From positions 96,001 to 160,000 of IMG/VR virus record IMGVR_UViG_3300035670_000009: DNA of 64,000 nucleotides; one strand, 5' to 3'. The translations under genes were made by a program, and so were the position numbers. Positions 1 to 8,663 of the stretch are shown here, one piece after another. Origin of the DNA: a virus (lineage: Duplodnaviria > Caudoviricetes). Every line of letters begins with the position of its first letter. The first letter of the stretch is position 1. The notes below the pieces were generated by a model, which ran no database searches, was not told the DNA's origin, and was given only the letters and a program-made list of their open reading frames with translations.

Positions 1-1
1 C

Positions 2-202
2 GTGTCGTGACGATGTTGTTGAGTACCGGCCGCTGTTCCCGTACCATTGCTTTCCGTAATACAAGTAAAGCGGCCACCTGTCGCTATACGAAAAGACGCC
101 ATATCCGCCATTGTTGAATTTTCGGCCATAGATGTTCGCGCCGCGAAAAGGTTTGCAGTTAAGAACGTATTCTTTGGCCTTGTAGTTAGGCACGCGAGGC
201 AT
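2..202 (-). CDS. Hypothetical phage protein, truncated by window edge (MPRVPNYKAKEYVLNCKPFRGANIYG...SYSDRWPLYLY...)
   Basis: Hand-translated: ATG at 202 just after the stop of 206..550; frame open to the window start; not in the ORF track because it is incomplete. Confidence 0.7.
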   Translation of the reverse strand, partial: MPRVPNYKAKEYVLNCKPFRGANIYGRKFNNGGYGVFSYSDRWPLYLYYGKQWYGNSGRYSTTSSRH

Positions 203-205
203 GGT

Positions 206-550
206 TCAGTTGTACCGCCAGCAATAATTTTCAAGGTAGTTGCGCAGTTCTCGGCGCGCGCCCACGCGACAGGCAACAATCTGCTGCACAACGCCTAGGC
301 AAGCTAGATGCAGCGCGTTAGCCGCCTCGGTGCAGTCCATGCTGCTGGCGTACAGGTCCCAGCCGTTGCCAGACATAGGAATAAGGGCGTCTTTGTCGTT
401 AATGACATCCCAAAGAATTCCTTGGAAAATTCCGTCTGGCTCAGTATCGCGTGCGCCATATTCGCGATATTTGTTTTGCACAGATTCGAAATTTTTAATG
501 GCGGCTTTTACAGCGTCGAGTGTTCCAGCTTCGGGCGTAGTCTCGATCAC
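206..550 (-). CDS. Hypothetical protein (114 aa)
   Basis: GTGA start/stop overlap with upstream gene at 547-550; fits the operon tiling. Confidence 0.7.
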   Translation of the reverse strand: MIETTPEAGTLDAVKAAIKNFESVQNKYREYGARDTEPDGIFQGILWDVINDKDALIPMSGNGWDLYASSMDCTEAANALHLACLGVVQQIVACRVGARRELRNYLENYCWRYN

Positions 551-858
551 GTCGTCACCTCGTCCGCCAGTCGCGCAGCCACGAGGGCGGCATCGTACTG
601 CGCCTTGGCGATGATCTTCGCGCGCACGGCGTTAGCGATGTCGTCGAGGTATTCGGCGTACTGCTTGTCCGTCGTGACCAGCGCCTCGGCCGAGCTGTAT
701 GAGTGCGCCTTGCCGGTGAGCGGATTGTCGCCCGACTTCATGATGCGGTCGATGGCGGCGAGCTTGACAGTATGCCGCCGGTTTTCGAGGGTCATTTCGA
801 TTTTCACGGCGTCTGCCAGTGTGACGCCCCAATCTTTGATTTCTTGCACGTAGTCCAC
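547..858 (-). CDS. Hypothetical protein (103 aa, helical)
   Basis: ORF track 547..918; GTG at 858 preceded by AAGGAG chosen as start. Confidence 0.72.
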   Translation of the reverse strand: MDYVQEIKDWGVTLADAVKIEMTLENRRHTVKLAAIDRIMKSGDNPLTGKAHSYSSAEALVTTDKQYAEYLDDIANAVRAKIIAKAQYDAALVAARLADEVTT

Positions 859-868
859 GGCGTTCTCC

Positions 869-1195
869 TTATTCTTGGTCTTCGGGGATGGGGCCATTGA
901 TTGCAATAAGCAGCTCATGTGCGACGCGCAGTTCGACTAGATTTGCAATCGCCTGCACACCTGCAAATCGTTCCGGATGTTTGGCCGGGTCAAAACGGCC
1001 GTACAACGTGTAAAAAATTTCGCTGATTGCGTCTGCGTCCGCTGCGGCTTGTTCCGCTGTTTCAATTACAGCGACGTAAGACTTTGCGGCGCCGCGCGGC
1101 ATTTCTTCCCGCACAGAACGCAGTTCATAGTGCGAAAAGAGCGACACTGGATTGCTGTTAGGAACAGAAAGAAAGTAAGGTGCTTGATTTTCCAT
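869..1195 (-). CDS. Hypothetical protein (108 aa)
   Basis: ORF track 869..1228; ATG at 1195 preceded by GGAG. Confidence 0.68.
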   Translation of the reverse strand: MENQAPYFLSVPNSNPVSLFSHYELRSVREEMPRGAAKSYVAVIETAEQAAADADAISEIFYTLYGRFDPAKHPERFAGVQAIANLVELRVAHELLIAINGPIPEDQE

Positions 1196-1197
1196 GT

Positions 1198-1908
1198 TTA
1201 CTCCGAAGCCCAGCCGCCGACCAGCCACTGCACGCCGTGATCGACCTGCTCGGTGGCGTAAATTTTAGGCGTGTGTTTGATGTCAAATGCGACGAGTTTG
1301 TCGGCTGCTTTTTTCGCGACGCTGCTGGCTTTGAGTCGCTGTTTGATTGCTTTTTGCAGTTCTCGCAGCTGCGCAGCATTTGGCGGCTCGCTGAACGCAG
1401 GCGTCATTCTGCCAAGCATGTCGCTTACAGCCTGCTGCAGAACTTTGGCTGCGCGCGTTTTAGTTTCGAAATCGCTATAGAGCGCAATTGCGGTAGCTTT
1501 TTGAGCCGCGGTTAACCCGTCAGCAGCTATCGGTACGCTGGCGCCGTTTTGCCAGACGCTGGTAACCGTGCGCAGTACGTGGCCATCAATTGCCGCAAAG
1601 ATTGAATGGTTGCCATTTTTGCCGTTAAATGTTGGCGCTTTGGCAACCTCTGTGCGAATGTCTTTGAACCGAACTGCTAACGCTGCTTCCCATTTGTCCG
1701 TATGAGCTGCAACGTATTCTTCGGCCGCGGCCCGGGTATCGAACACTCGGTCTTCGATTTGAAAACCGCTCGTCGTAGTGAGCGTACCGTTGTAGGCGTT
1801 GCCGCCGTATGTGCTAGTTAGTTCTGAGAGGCGCGCGTCATACTGGCGGCGTAGTTCTGATCTATTGAGATTGCCATCAAATAGTTCTGTCGCGAAGCGC
1901 GCGCCCAT
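1198..1908 (-). CDS. Hypothetical protein (236 aa)
   Basis: ORF track 1198..2007; ATG at 1908 preceded by AAGGAG; tiles with neighbours. Confidence 0.78.
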   Translation of the reverse strand: MGARFATELFDGNLNRSELRRQYDARLSELTSTYGGNAYNGTLTTTSGFQIEDRVFDTRAAAEEYVAAHTDKWEAALAVRFKDIRTEVAKAPTFNGKNGNHSIFAAIDGHVLRTVTSVWQNGASVPIAADGLTAAQKATAIALYSDFETKTRAAKVLQQAVSDMLGRMTPAFSEPPNAAQLRELQKAIKQRLKASSVAKKAADKLVAFDIKHTPKIYATEQVDHGVQWLVGGWASE

Positions 1909-1918
1909 GACTCTCCTT

Positions 1919-2155
1919 CTAGTAGCCGTCTCCCCAGGGTCGTTTTTCTTTGCGCGTGGGGACTCGGCGGGGAAACTTGTTGGGGTGGCAGACTTGGCAA
2001 CGCGCACGCCCGCAACCAGAACAACGGAGCGCTTTCCGGAACCGGCCGGGTTTTGGGGCGCGCCCGTCTTGTTCCGGGCCGAGATAACTGCTCAGCTGCC
2101 TGTACAGCTGCGCGCGATGTTCGATGATGTGCTGCTCTTCATGGTACCGACGCAT
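1919..2155 (-). CDS. Small basic protein with CxxC-x4-CxxCH (possible Zn-binding)
   Basis: CSGCGRARCQVCH motif; fills the gap between flanking genes. Confidence 0.62.
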   Translation of the reverse strand: MRRYHEEQHIIEHRAQLYRQLSSYLGPEQDGRAPKPGRFRKALRCSGCGRARCQVCHPNKFPRRVPTRKEKRPWGDGY

Positions 2156-2185
2156 AAATGTCTCCGACTCGCGCCGCCGAGTGCT

Positions 2186-2626
2186 TTACGGTTCGCAGTA
2201 GATGACCGTTTTGCAGCCGCACTGCTCGGCCATTTTGACTATTTCCGGCGCATAGACCGAAACGATCTTTTTTCGGTCGAGCAGCCCGGCAGAAATTAAC
2301 GCTAATAGCCCAAGCCGAGCAAGCCCGTGACGGCGACATTCTGGATCGGTGAAACACTCGATCGTCTGCGCCATAACGGGCTCGCCCTTGAATTTTTCCG
2401 GCCACAATCTGGTACCGACCCAGCTGACAAACATGCCGTTTTGCCAGACCAGCGCCAGCCACATTGTGGAATACGGCCCAGCCGTGGGTCGGGTATAGCG
2501 CTTTTCCAGCTCTTTTTGCATCGAGCTGTCGCTGCCGGAATCCGGCCACGACATGCGGCTCATAATAGCCGTCACGTCTGTCAGCGTTAACCGATTGATA
2601 TCTTTGATGCGAATTTCGAAGTTCAT
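2186..2626 (-). CDS. GNAT-family acetyltransferase-like protein
   Basis: FTDPECRRHGLA resembles GNAT acetyl-CoA binding motif A (V-x-P-x-x-R-x-x-G-x-A); ATG at 2626 with GGAGG. Confidence 0.62.
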   Translation of the reverse strand: MNFEIRIKDINRLTLTDVTAIMSRMSWPDSGSDSSMQKELEKRYTRPTAGPYSTMWLALVWQNGMFVSWVGTRLWPEKFKGEPVMAQTIECFTDPECRRHGLARLGLLALISAGLLDRKKIVSVYAPEIVKMAEQCGCKTVIYCEP

Positions 2627-2676
2627 AACGCCACCTCCGTGCAGCAATTATTTTATCGCACGGAAGCGCGCGAACT

Positions 2677-2841
2677 TTAATTTTCGCGCCGGTACTCGCG
2701 AAGCTGTTCGTTGGCCACGCTGCGCCGCTGTTGCGTACTGTGCAGTCGGTTGTTCCGACAATAGTCACAGCTACCGTGGCAGCGACAACTGGTGTCAAAT
2801 CGTTTAGACCCCGTGTAGGCGCGCTTGCGAGTTCGGCTCAT
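2677..2841 (-). CDS. Small basic Cys/His protein (54 aa, MSRTRKRAYTGSKRFDTSCRCHGSCDYC...)
   Basis: ATG at 2841 overlaps the TGA of 2838..3161 (ATGA); longer ORF-track start not needed. Confidence 0.68.
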   Translation of the reverse strand: MSRTRKRAYTGSKRFDTSCRCHGSCDYCRNNRLHSTQQRRSVANEQLREYRREN

Positions 2842-3161
2842 CGCCTTTTCTCCCGTTTTTTGCCGATGATCTTGTACGGTCGATTCACGAAGTTTGGCAG
2901 GTCGCAGGTTTTCCAACGCGTCAAAGCAAGCGCGACGAAACCGCCCTCTTTTTCGCTGAACGCTTCGATCCATTTTCGTCGACCGCGCTCGCAATACGCA
3001 ACAAATTTGAACGGCCCTTTGGCCGCCATACTCATTTTGATTCTTTTATTCGCCTCGTCACGGCGAATGTAATAAGGGCCGCCATTAGCGCGAAATACGT
3101 CGCCTTTACGTATGATAACGCGAGCAGAAACGCGATATTCGTCGTGTGTGACGGTCTTCAT
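2838..3161 (-). CDS. Hypothetical basic protein (107 aa)
   Basis: ATG with GGAGG upstream; ATGA coupling to the downstream gene. Confidence 0.7.
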   Translation of the reverse strand: MKTVTHDEYRVSARVIIRKGDVFRANGGPYYIRRDEANKRIKMSMAAKGPFKFVAYCERGRRKWIEAFSEKEGGFVALALTRWKTCDLPNFVNRPYKIIGKKREKRR

Positions 3162-3162
3162 G

Positions 3163-3285
3163 TCAGACCTCCAACGAAATAAACCCGTCTTGAGTCAGCT
3201 TTCCAAAGCCGTGCGAGTCTTTGGACAAAGGCGATAGCGTGTTTTTGCGCGCTACGTGTTTGAGTGTTTTTACGGACAACGTCAT
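3163..3285 (-). CDS. Possible 40-aa peptide (MTLSVKTLKHVARKNTLSPLSKDSHGFGKLTQDGFISLEV)
   Basis: Hand-translated: ATG overlaps the stop of 3282..3800 (ATGA) and ends just before the next start; below ORF-track cutoff. Confidence 0.4.
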   Translation of the reverse strand: MTLSVKTLKHVARKNTLSPLSKDSHGFGKLTQDGFISLEV

Positions 3286-3800
3286 TCAAACCTCGTTTGT
3301 AGGCCCAATTCGCGCATTGACAGCAGCGCCTCCGCATTGCCCTTGGCGTCATGCACTGGATTGTGGTCGTGCTTGGTTTTGCGCAGGTGTTTCCACCGCG
3401 CGTACGTGTTTTTCACCAAGCCGCAGTACAGGTCGCCAATCCGTCGGGCCGAATAGCCGAACGGGTTTTCGCCTAGGTACTTGTGGAAGTAATAGTTAAT
3501 CCACTGCCAATCGAATGCCGGATTGTCCGACACGAAGATCGGGCGGCCCTTAGAACTGGCGCGAATCCATTCGGCAAACCGAGTCATAACGGCCGCCGGA
3601 TCCTCGAACGTCTCGTGCTTGGCCCGGCAAATTCCGCTGATTGCGGCCGCCGCCAGGTTCGTGCGTTCCGAGATCGGCGCGGTCTCGCCGTAGAACGTTT
3701 TGTCCAGGTTCTCGTTCACGACGACCGCGCCGAAGCAGATCATCGAGAACTCCGGCGGAATCGGCCCGTCGGCTTCTACATCAACTACGATCCAGCTCAT
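3282..3800 (-). CDS. DEDDh 3'-5' exoribonuclease-like protein (Rv2179c/RNase AS-like)
   Basis: VVDVEADG (ExoI), DNPAFDW (ExoII), HNPVHDA (ExoIII); ATGA overlap at 3797-3800. Confidence 0.85.
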   Translation of the reverse strand: MSWIVVDVEADGPIPPEFSMICFGAVVVNENLDKTFYGETAPISERTNLAAAAISGICRAKHETFEDPAAVMTRFAEWIRASSKGRPIFVSDNPAFDWQWINYYFHKYLGENPFGYSARRIGDLYCGLVKNTYARWKHLRKTKHDHNPVHDAKGNAEALLSMRELGLQTRFE

Positions 3801-4249
3801 GGTACGGGCCACTTGTAGGAAAGGTCCGGCTTTACCAACCAACCGAACTGAGAGTACCAGTCGGGTTCTTTACGCAGCAGGTTGCTACGGTGGCTGGTCA
3901 TGATACTCCAGTCGCGCATCCACGGCGGATACCGAGCCGGTTCGTTGGGCACGCGCAAGCTTTTGACAACGCCGAGAAATTCCTCGAGCAGCTTGTCTTT
4001 GTAGCCACGGCGGCGGCACTCGTGCGCTATGTGCACCGCGTAGATTGCCAGGGCCAGCTCGTGTCCGCGCCACATGCGGACCGCCGGGTGGTTCTGCCAG
4101 GCCTTGCTGCCCGTTGGCTTATGGGCGCCGACCGATACGCCGAGCGCCAGAAGGATCTGCTTGCATTCGACGGCTTGTTTGAAAAGCCTTTTGTTGTCGA
4201 GCACGTACGCGCATTTGTTAAATCGCGCGTAAGGCAGAAAAGTTTGCAC
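3797..4249 (-). CDS. Pyrimidine-dimer DNA glycosylase/endonuclease V-like protein (MSMEG_6728-like)
   Basis: (M)QTFLPY...LDNKRLFKQAVECKQIL...HPAVRMWRGH...SHRSNLLRKEPDWY are the typical family motifs; GTG at 4249. Confidence 0.85.
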   Translation of the reverse strand: MQTFLPYARFNKCAYVLDNKRLFKQAVECKQILLALGVSVGAHKPTGSKAWQNHPAVRMWRGHELALAIYAVHIAHECRRRGYKDKLLEEFLGVVKSLRVPNEPARYPPWMRDWSIMTSHRSNLLRKEPDWYSQFGWLVKPDLSYKWPVP

Positions 4250-4599
4250 TATTCCTCGTTTAGGTCGTCGTTGTCGTACCAATCGTCGTCGTCTTCGTCG
4301 TCGTCTTCGTCGTAGTCGTCGGTGCCGCTGTCCCAGTCCTGCTCATCATCGTCGTCATCGTCGTAGGTTTCTTCGTCGTCGTTTTCGTCATCATCATCGT
4401 CGTCGAAGTGCCACGTCGTTGACGGCGCGCGCGTAAAATCGTCGTCATCGTCGTCATCGTCCTCTTCGGATTCGTGAACAAACTGCCACTCTTCCTCGAG
4501 AAAGTCGTCGTCCAGCCCGTCGTCAAAGCGCGCATAAAGCTTTGCGAGTGCGTTGAACTGCTCAAAAGAAACGACGTCGTTATCCAAATTCGCGCGCAT
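4249..4599 (-). CDS. Extremely acidic D/E-rich small protein
   Basis: Long poly-Asp/Glu runs interrupted by aromatic residues; ORF track 4249..4629, ATG at 4599 (start uncertain). Confidence 0.65.
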   Translation of the reverse strand: MRANLDNDVVSFEQFNALAKLYARFDDGLDDDFLEEEWQFVHESEEDDDDDDDDFTRAPSTTWHFDDDDDDENDDEETYDDDDDDEQDWDSGTDDYDEDDDEDDDDWYDNDDLNEE

Positions 4600-7219
4600 T
4601 TTGTGTGTAGTCACTCCAGAATTGATCACACCACTTTTTGTTAACTAACAACCCGGGCATGTTATGTACAACCTGTTCCCCGAACGAAAGCCCGTGGCGG
4701 CTCAACATTTCGGTAATTGCCGTCCAGTGCGGTGCAATTCCGCCGACAGCAACACAATAACGTTCTATGGCGCGCTGATTCAACCACCAATGTTGTTTAT
4801 TGCGCAATAAATAATTGCCAGCCTGATCTTTGCGGCGGGGTCTGGGGAGCACGTCCAGCTTTCCAGAGACGATTCCAAGGTTGACCACTTCCATCAGGGC
4901 CTCGTGTGCCCGGTCGGGGGTGAGCAGCCTGTTGGTCGCGCATGCCAGGTTGAAAGTTGCGCCATAGATATCTTTGAGCCACGCGGCAAGGTCCTCCAGC
5001 ACGGCGGTTGTCAGGCTATTCCCGCGCGTAACTAGCGCTACCCGGCGTTCAAGCGTGCTTTGGATGTAGCTTGGCAGAACGTATCGCAGCGCTGAGAAGT
5101 CCGGCATTTGTTCCGGCGGCTTGCCGCGGATCCACTGCCAGCCGTAGCCGGGCGCGAGACCCGCCGTGGGTTCCGGCAGCCGTGCTAATACGTGCCCAGC
5201 TGGAATGCGAACAACAATTCGACAAAGGTTGATATCGCTGAACGTGTGCGCTGCGAAAACCGGCCAATGTGCCTCGTCGACGGCCTGCCGCACAGGAACA
5301 GCTGAGTTGTGTTTGTTTATGGAAGCGGCACGAATTTCCTGGCAGCTAAGACTAGCGCCTAGCATTGCCGCGCTTGCATACTCTGGACCACTAAGCGCCG
5401 TAGCCGTCGGCTCACGGCCTACAACTGGCGCAAGCAGGTCAGCGGCGATGGCGGCAAACACTGTCCAGAGATAAGCGTTTTCGTGCGTAGGCGTAAGCAG
5501 CTGGCGCAGCGTAACAGGCGCGATCGGCGTTGGTTCCGGAAAGTCCGGCACGTCCCGATTAATCTCGGGATGCTGGAAATGGGTTGTGCGTCCGTCGTTT
5601 TCTAGCGCGTATCGTTTCAGGCAAAACTGACTGGTCCGCTCGTTCCAGCCGCTGCGTCCCGAGACGTGCGCGATCTCGGGCTCGTGCAGCCGCAGGGCGA
5701 GCATGCAGCTGCGTGCGTTCCAGGTGCGGTCGTACAAGAGCAAGATGCCCTCGGCCGCTGCATGCTGGGCGGCATACGCTAAAAGCCCGACGCGTTCGAT
5801 GCGCGAGGCCAGTTCAGAGAACGCCAGTTCTTTTTCTGCCGTGCGAATGCGCCCGACGTAAAGACGATCGCCGTTTTCCGCGTGGACAATTGTGTCGATA
5901 CGTATTTGCGCGTTGACAATCTGGTGGTTTGTGTGCGTCCACCAGCAGCCGTTGCGTTCGATAATCAGCGATCGTTTCTGTGTGACCTTGGTTGGCACAT
6001 TCAGTCCGGTCTCGACTTGCGCCAGCAGCCGCCCGCAGAAATCAGGGGACAGGCTGTGTTGCCGCGTACGGAAAAAGTTCTGCAAGCGGTCCAGATCTAC
6101 AGTGAGTTTGGTTACAAACGCCTGCGCCGCAGTTTCGTTGGTGTCAGTCAGCACGTTTTCCAGCGCACATTGCCACGTCTGCGCCTGTCGACGGATCTGC
6201 GCCAGCCGCGGCATCGTTCGCGCCGGAGTTGCTGTTCGCTCGACCTTTTCAGGCGGTAGCACGCAAACGTATCCTTTTGCCGCAGCGGCCTGAGAGATAC
6301 TTTCTGGCGTGTAACTTGCCGCGTGAAAAAAACGCGGCGTGTGACTGAATGATTGCCAGTTTCGTCCGGTGCTTGTCGCTTCTGGCCCGCTGTAACTTGC
6401 GGAAATAGGAAGCAACGAAAGTCCGGCCTTGAGCTGCGCTGTCTGTACTTTAAGCAGCCAAAACGGATCATCGGTCACGAAATAGGCATTGCGCAGCAGC
6501 GCAGGGCTGGGCAGCAAAACAGTGTCGAGCAGGAAATAGCCCGCCTCGGCCTTGCGTTTGATGTGCGAACTGGCCGCCACAAATGCGCGCCGCGACATGA
6601 ACTCGTCGTTGTATTGCACGAGCAGCATGCCGGTGAGGCGCCCGGGCAGGTCATAGTGCGGCAAGATCAGGGTCGGCCCGTGCTCGCGCATTCGAGGCGG
6701 CGTCGCGCGCCCCATGGCGTGGCAGTATTCCGCAACCTGGTCCGGGTGCGCCACGCCGACGAGCCCACAACAGGCATCCACCGTGTTATCCAGCCCCAGC
6801 TCGCGCTGGCGGCAGGCGATTACGTCGTCGTGATGGTTCCATATTTGTTCGCGCGCCGTGGCCCAAAACTCTTCGGCTGCGGCGAGCCGCGCAGCGGCAC
6901 GATGATATTCGCACGAAAGGCGGTCAACCTCGCTCCGTGACGCCATACCCAGGTCAGAAAAGCGCGTTAATGCCTCGGCGGCGCTTATGTTCCAGATTCG
7001 GGCGCCAAAGGTTATGATATCTCCATGCGCGCGGCAGGATTCGCAGTGCGCCCAGACGCCATCGCAAACTACGTCATCGAACAGGTAGAGCGCGGGTTGC
7101 TGGCAGAAAGGACAATCGACGACCGCCGGAAAAGCGGGCTTTTCTGGCAGAATGCCCAGTGCCGACAGGGCGTTGAGATGGTTGTGTCGGCGGACCAAAG
7201 ATGCAGGTAACGACGCCAT
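4580..7219 (-). CDS. Large protein with N-terminal primase-type Zn finger and a DUF927/helicase-like C-terminal half, apparently with a degenerate P-loop
   Basis: 879-aa ORF; CPFC...HCESC...GDIITF resembles a CHC2-type Zn-binding domain; later FAAIAADLLAP...LSGPEYAS sits where GxxxxGKT is expected in DUF927-type proteins. ORF is certain, function is tentative. Confidence 0.55.
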   Translation of the reverse strand: MASLPASLVRRHNHLNALSALGILPEKPAFPAVVDCPFCQQPALYLFDDVVCDGVWAHCESCRAHGDIITFGARIWNISAAEALTRFSDLGMASRSEVDRLSCEYHRAAARLAAAEEFWATAREQIWNHHDDVIACRQRELGLDNTVDACCGLVGVAHPDQVAEYCHAMGRATPPRMREHGPTLILPHYDLPGRLTGMLLVQYNDEFMSRRAFVAASSHIKRKAEAGYFLLDTVLLPSPALLRNAYFVTDDPFWLLKVQTAQLKAGLSLLPISASYSGPEATSTGRNWQSFSHTPRFFHAASYTPESISQAAAAKGYVCVLPPEKVERTATPARTMPRLAQIRRQAQTWQCALENVLTDTNETAAQAFVTKLTVDLDRLQNFFRTRQHSLSPDFCGRLLAQVETGLNVPTKVTQKRSLIIERNGCWWTHTNHQIVNAQIRIDTIVHAENGDRLYVGRIRTAEKELAFSELASRIERVGLLAYAAQHAAAEGILLLYDRTWNARSCMLALRLHEPEIAHVSGRSGWNERTSQFCLKRYALENDGRTTHFQHPEINRDVPDFPEPTPIAPVTLRQLLTPTHENAYLWTVFAAIAADLLAPVVGREPTATALSGPEYASAAMLGASLSCQEIRAASINKHNSAVPVRQAVDEAHWPVFAAHTFSDINLCRIVVRIPAGHVLARLPEPTAGLAPGYGWQWIRGKPPEQMPDFSALRYVLPSYIQSTLERRVALVTRGNSLTTAVLEDLAAWLKDIYGATFNLACATNRLLTPDRAHEALMEVVNLGIVSGKLDVLPRPRRKDQAGNYLLRNKQHWWLNQRAIERYCVAVGGIAPHWTAITEMLSRHGLSFGEQVVHNMPGLLVNKKWCDQFWSDYTQNAREFG

Positions 7220-8390
7220 GGCAAATCCGCTCGACCAGACTCAGGACATCAGTGGCCGCGAAACCCATCGGCTGACGGCGCTTTTTTCACCGCCAGATTT
7301 TGTGAAGACCGCCAGTCAGGACAGGCTCGTTGGCGGCGACAGTCTGCAGCGGCACATGTACGCCGACCCGCACGCCAAACTTTATCCGTGCCACAGCGCT
7401 CCCGCAACGTGGATGTCCGCCCTTTTCTTTGAAGACAAGCGCGCGGCGTTCGAAACAAACCGGGCGCAGAAGATCGAAGAACGGCTTGACGCCGCTGCCA
7501 GTTATTTTGGCATCACCGGTCTTGTAAAGGAACTGCGCGACAAAGCTGCGGCCGCGGCAAAGACCGATCTGGCTAACTTACCTGACAGCGCGTTCGCTAT
7601 TGTCTGGGCCGACGAGGCGGGCAACAAGGACCGCCATTGGCCGCTGCGCAACGCCACCGAGGTGAAGTTTGCGGCCGCCCATTTCAAGACGCACCGAGAC
7701 CAGTTCACTTTCGAGGACCGGCACACGATCGCCACGAAGATTCTCGAAAAGGCAGCCGAGTACGGCGCCGACACGAGCGAGGCCGAGGACACGCTGCACC
7801 TGGCCGCCGGGCAGGGCGCCTGCGCCGCTAAGGTCGCCAGCGACATGCTCCGCAACCGTGCGGCGCTGGTGGCGCGACAGAGCCCCGAAGCCGCGGGCGG
7901 CATGCTCAAGCTGGCCGAGGTGGTAGATAACAACCCGGAGCAAGCGCGGACGCATGAGACGCGTCTCAAGTTGGCTGCTGCAGTCGACGAGTTTGACCGG
8001 GCTAACCGGTTGGACCGGCTTTACGATTCGGGCGGGCTGCCCAGAGCAGAGGAAGTCCTGTTTGCGATCACCGAGAAGGTGGCTGCAGACTTCATGAAGG
8101 CCCATGTAGAAACTACTACGGGCAACGTTTACAACCTCGAAGACCTCGAGAAGCTCGCCGAAAACGACGTCCGATCCTGGATGGGCGACGAGTTCGCGGA
8201 CGCTGTGACGGCCGGAGGCGTGTACCTCGACCGTGACAAGCTTGCGGCCATCGTGCCCACCCTGGACCGGGGCATGGCGGCCACGCTCGACCGTTTGGCG
8301 GCCGAGAAAGGGCTGGCGCCCGCGGTGAAGTCAGCGGCGGCGGACAGCCTTCTTCCGCTTGGGCGGCTTTACGAGCTGGCTAATGGTTGA
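7218..8390 (+). CDS. Hypothetical protein (390 aa), probable virion/head-associated
   Basis: One of only two convincing plus-strand genes; codon usage looks like the structural genes; ATG at 7218 (ORF track 7152); nine K-x-A-[A/S] motifs like the head-module proteins. Confidence 0.8.
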   Translation: MANPLDQTQDISGRETHRLTALFSPPDFVKTASQDRLVGGDSLQRHMYADPHAKLYPCHSAPATWMSALFFEDKRAAFETNRAQKIEERLDAAASYFGITGLVKELRDKAAAAAKTDLANLPDSAFAIVWADEAGNKDRHWPLRNATEVKFAAAHFKTHRDQFTFEDRHTIATKILEKAAEYGADTSEAEDTLHLAAGQGACAAKVASDMLRNRAALVARQSPEAAGGMLKLAEVVDNNPEQARTHETRLKLAAAVDEFDRANRLDRLYDSGGLPRAEEVLFAITEKVAADFMKAHVETTTGNVYNLEDLEKLAENDVRSWMGDEFADAVTAGGVYLDRDKLAAIVPTLDRGMAATLDRLAAEKGLAPAVKSAAADSLLPLGRLYELANG

Positions 8391-8663
8391 CAGCCCGTCG
8401 CCGGACTTGAGCGCGTCCTTGTCCATCAGCTGTTTTAACTCTTGAAGGTCGCCGTCTTGCGCCAGCAGCATGGTCGCTAGCTGCTTGACGCCGGAGATCG
8501 TAGCCTGCCGCACAAAGGGTCGGCGGGGCTTGCGGTTAAAGACGGCGCACAAAAGCACCACCGCGTCAAACAGCCCGCCGTCTGCGAGAACTTTCTCGGG
8601 AGTGATGTGAACGACGAGCTTTTCTTTTTTAGACTTAATTACGGTCTTGGTCTTGGCGCGCAT
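8331..8663 (-). CDS. Hypothetical basic protein (110 aa)
   Basis: ORF track 8331..8849; ATG at 8663; 60-nt convergent overlap with 7218..8390 makes the 3' end less certain. Confidence 0.5.
   Translation of the reverse strand: MRAKTKTVIKSKKEKLVVHITPEKVLADGGLFDAVVLLCAVFNRKPRRPFVRQATISGVKQLATMLLAQDGDLQELKQLMDKDALKSGDGLSTISQLVKPPKRKKAVRRR

Noticed and set aside
3158-3352. 64-aa ORF in the track
   Set aside because: Overlaps the exonuclease 3' end; the 40-aa ORF 3163..3285, with an ATGA overlap, tiles better.
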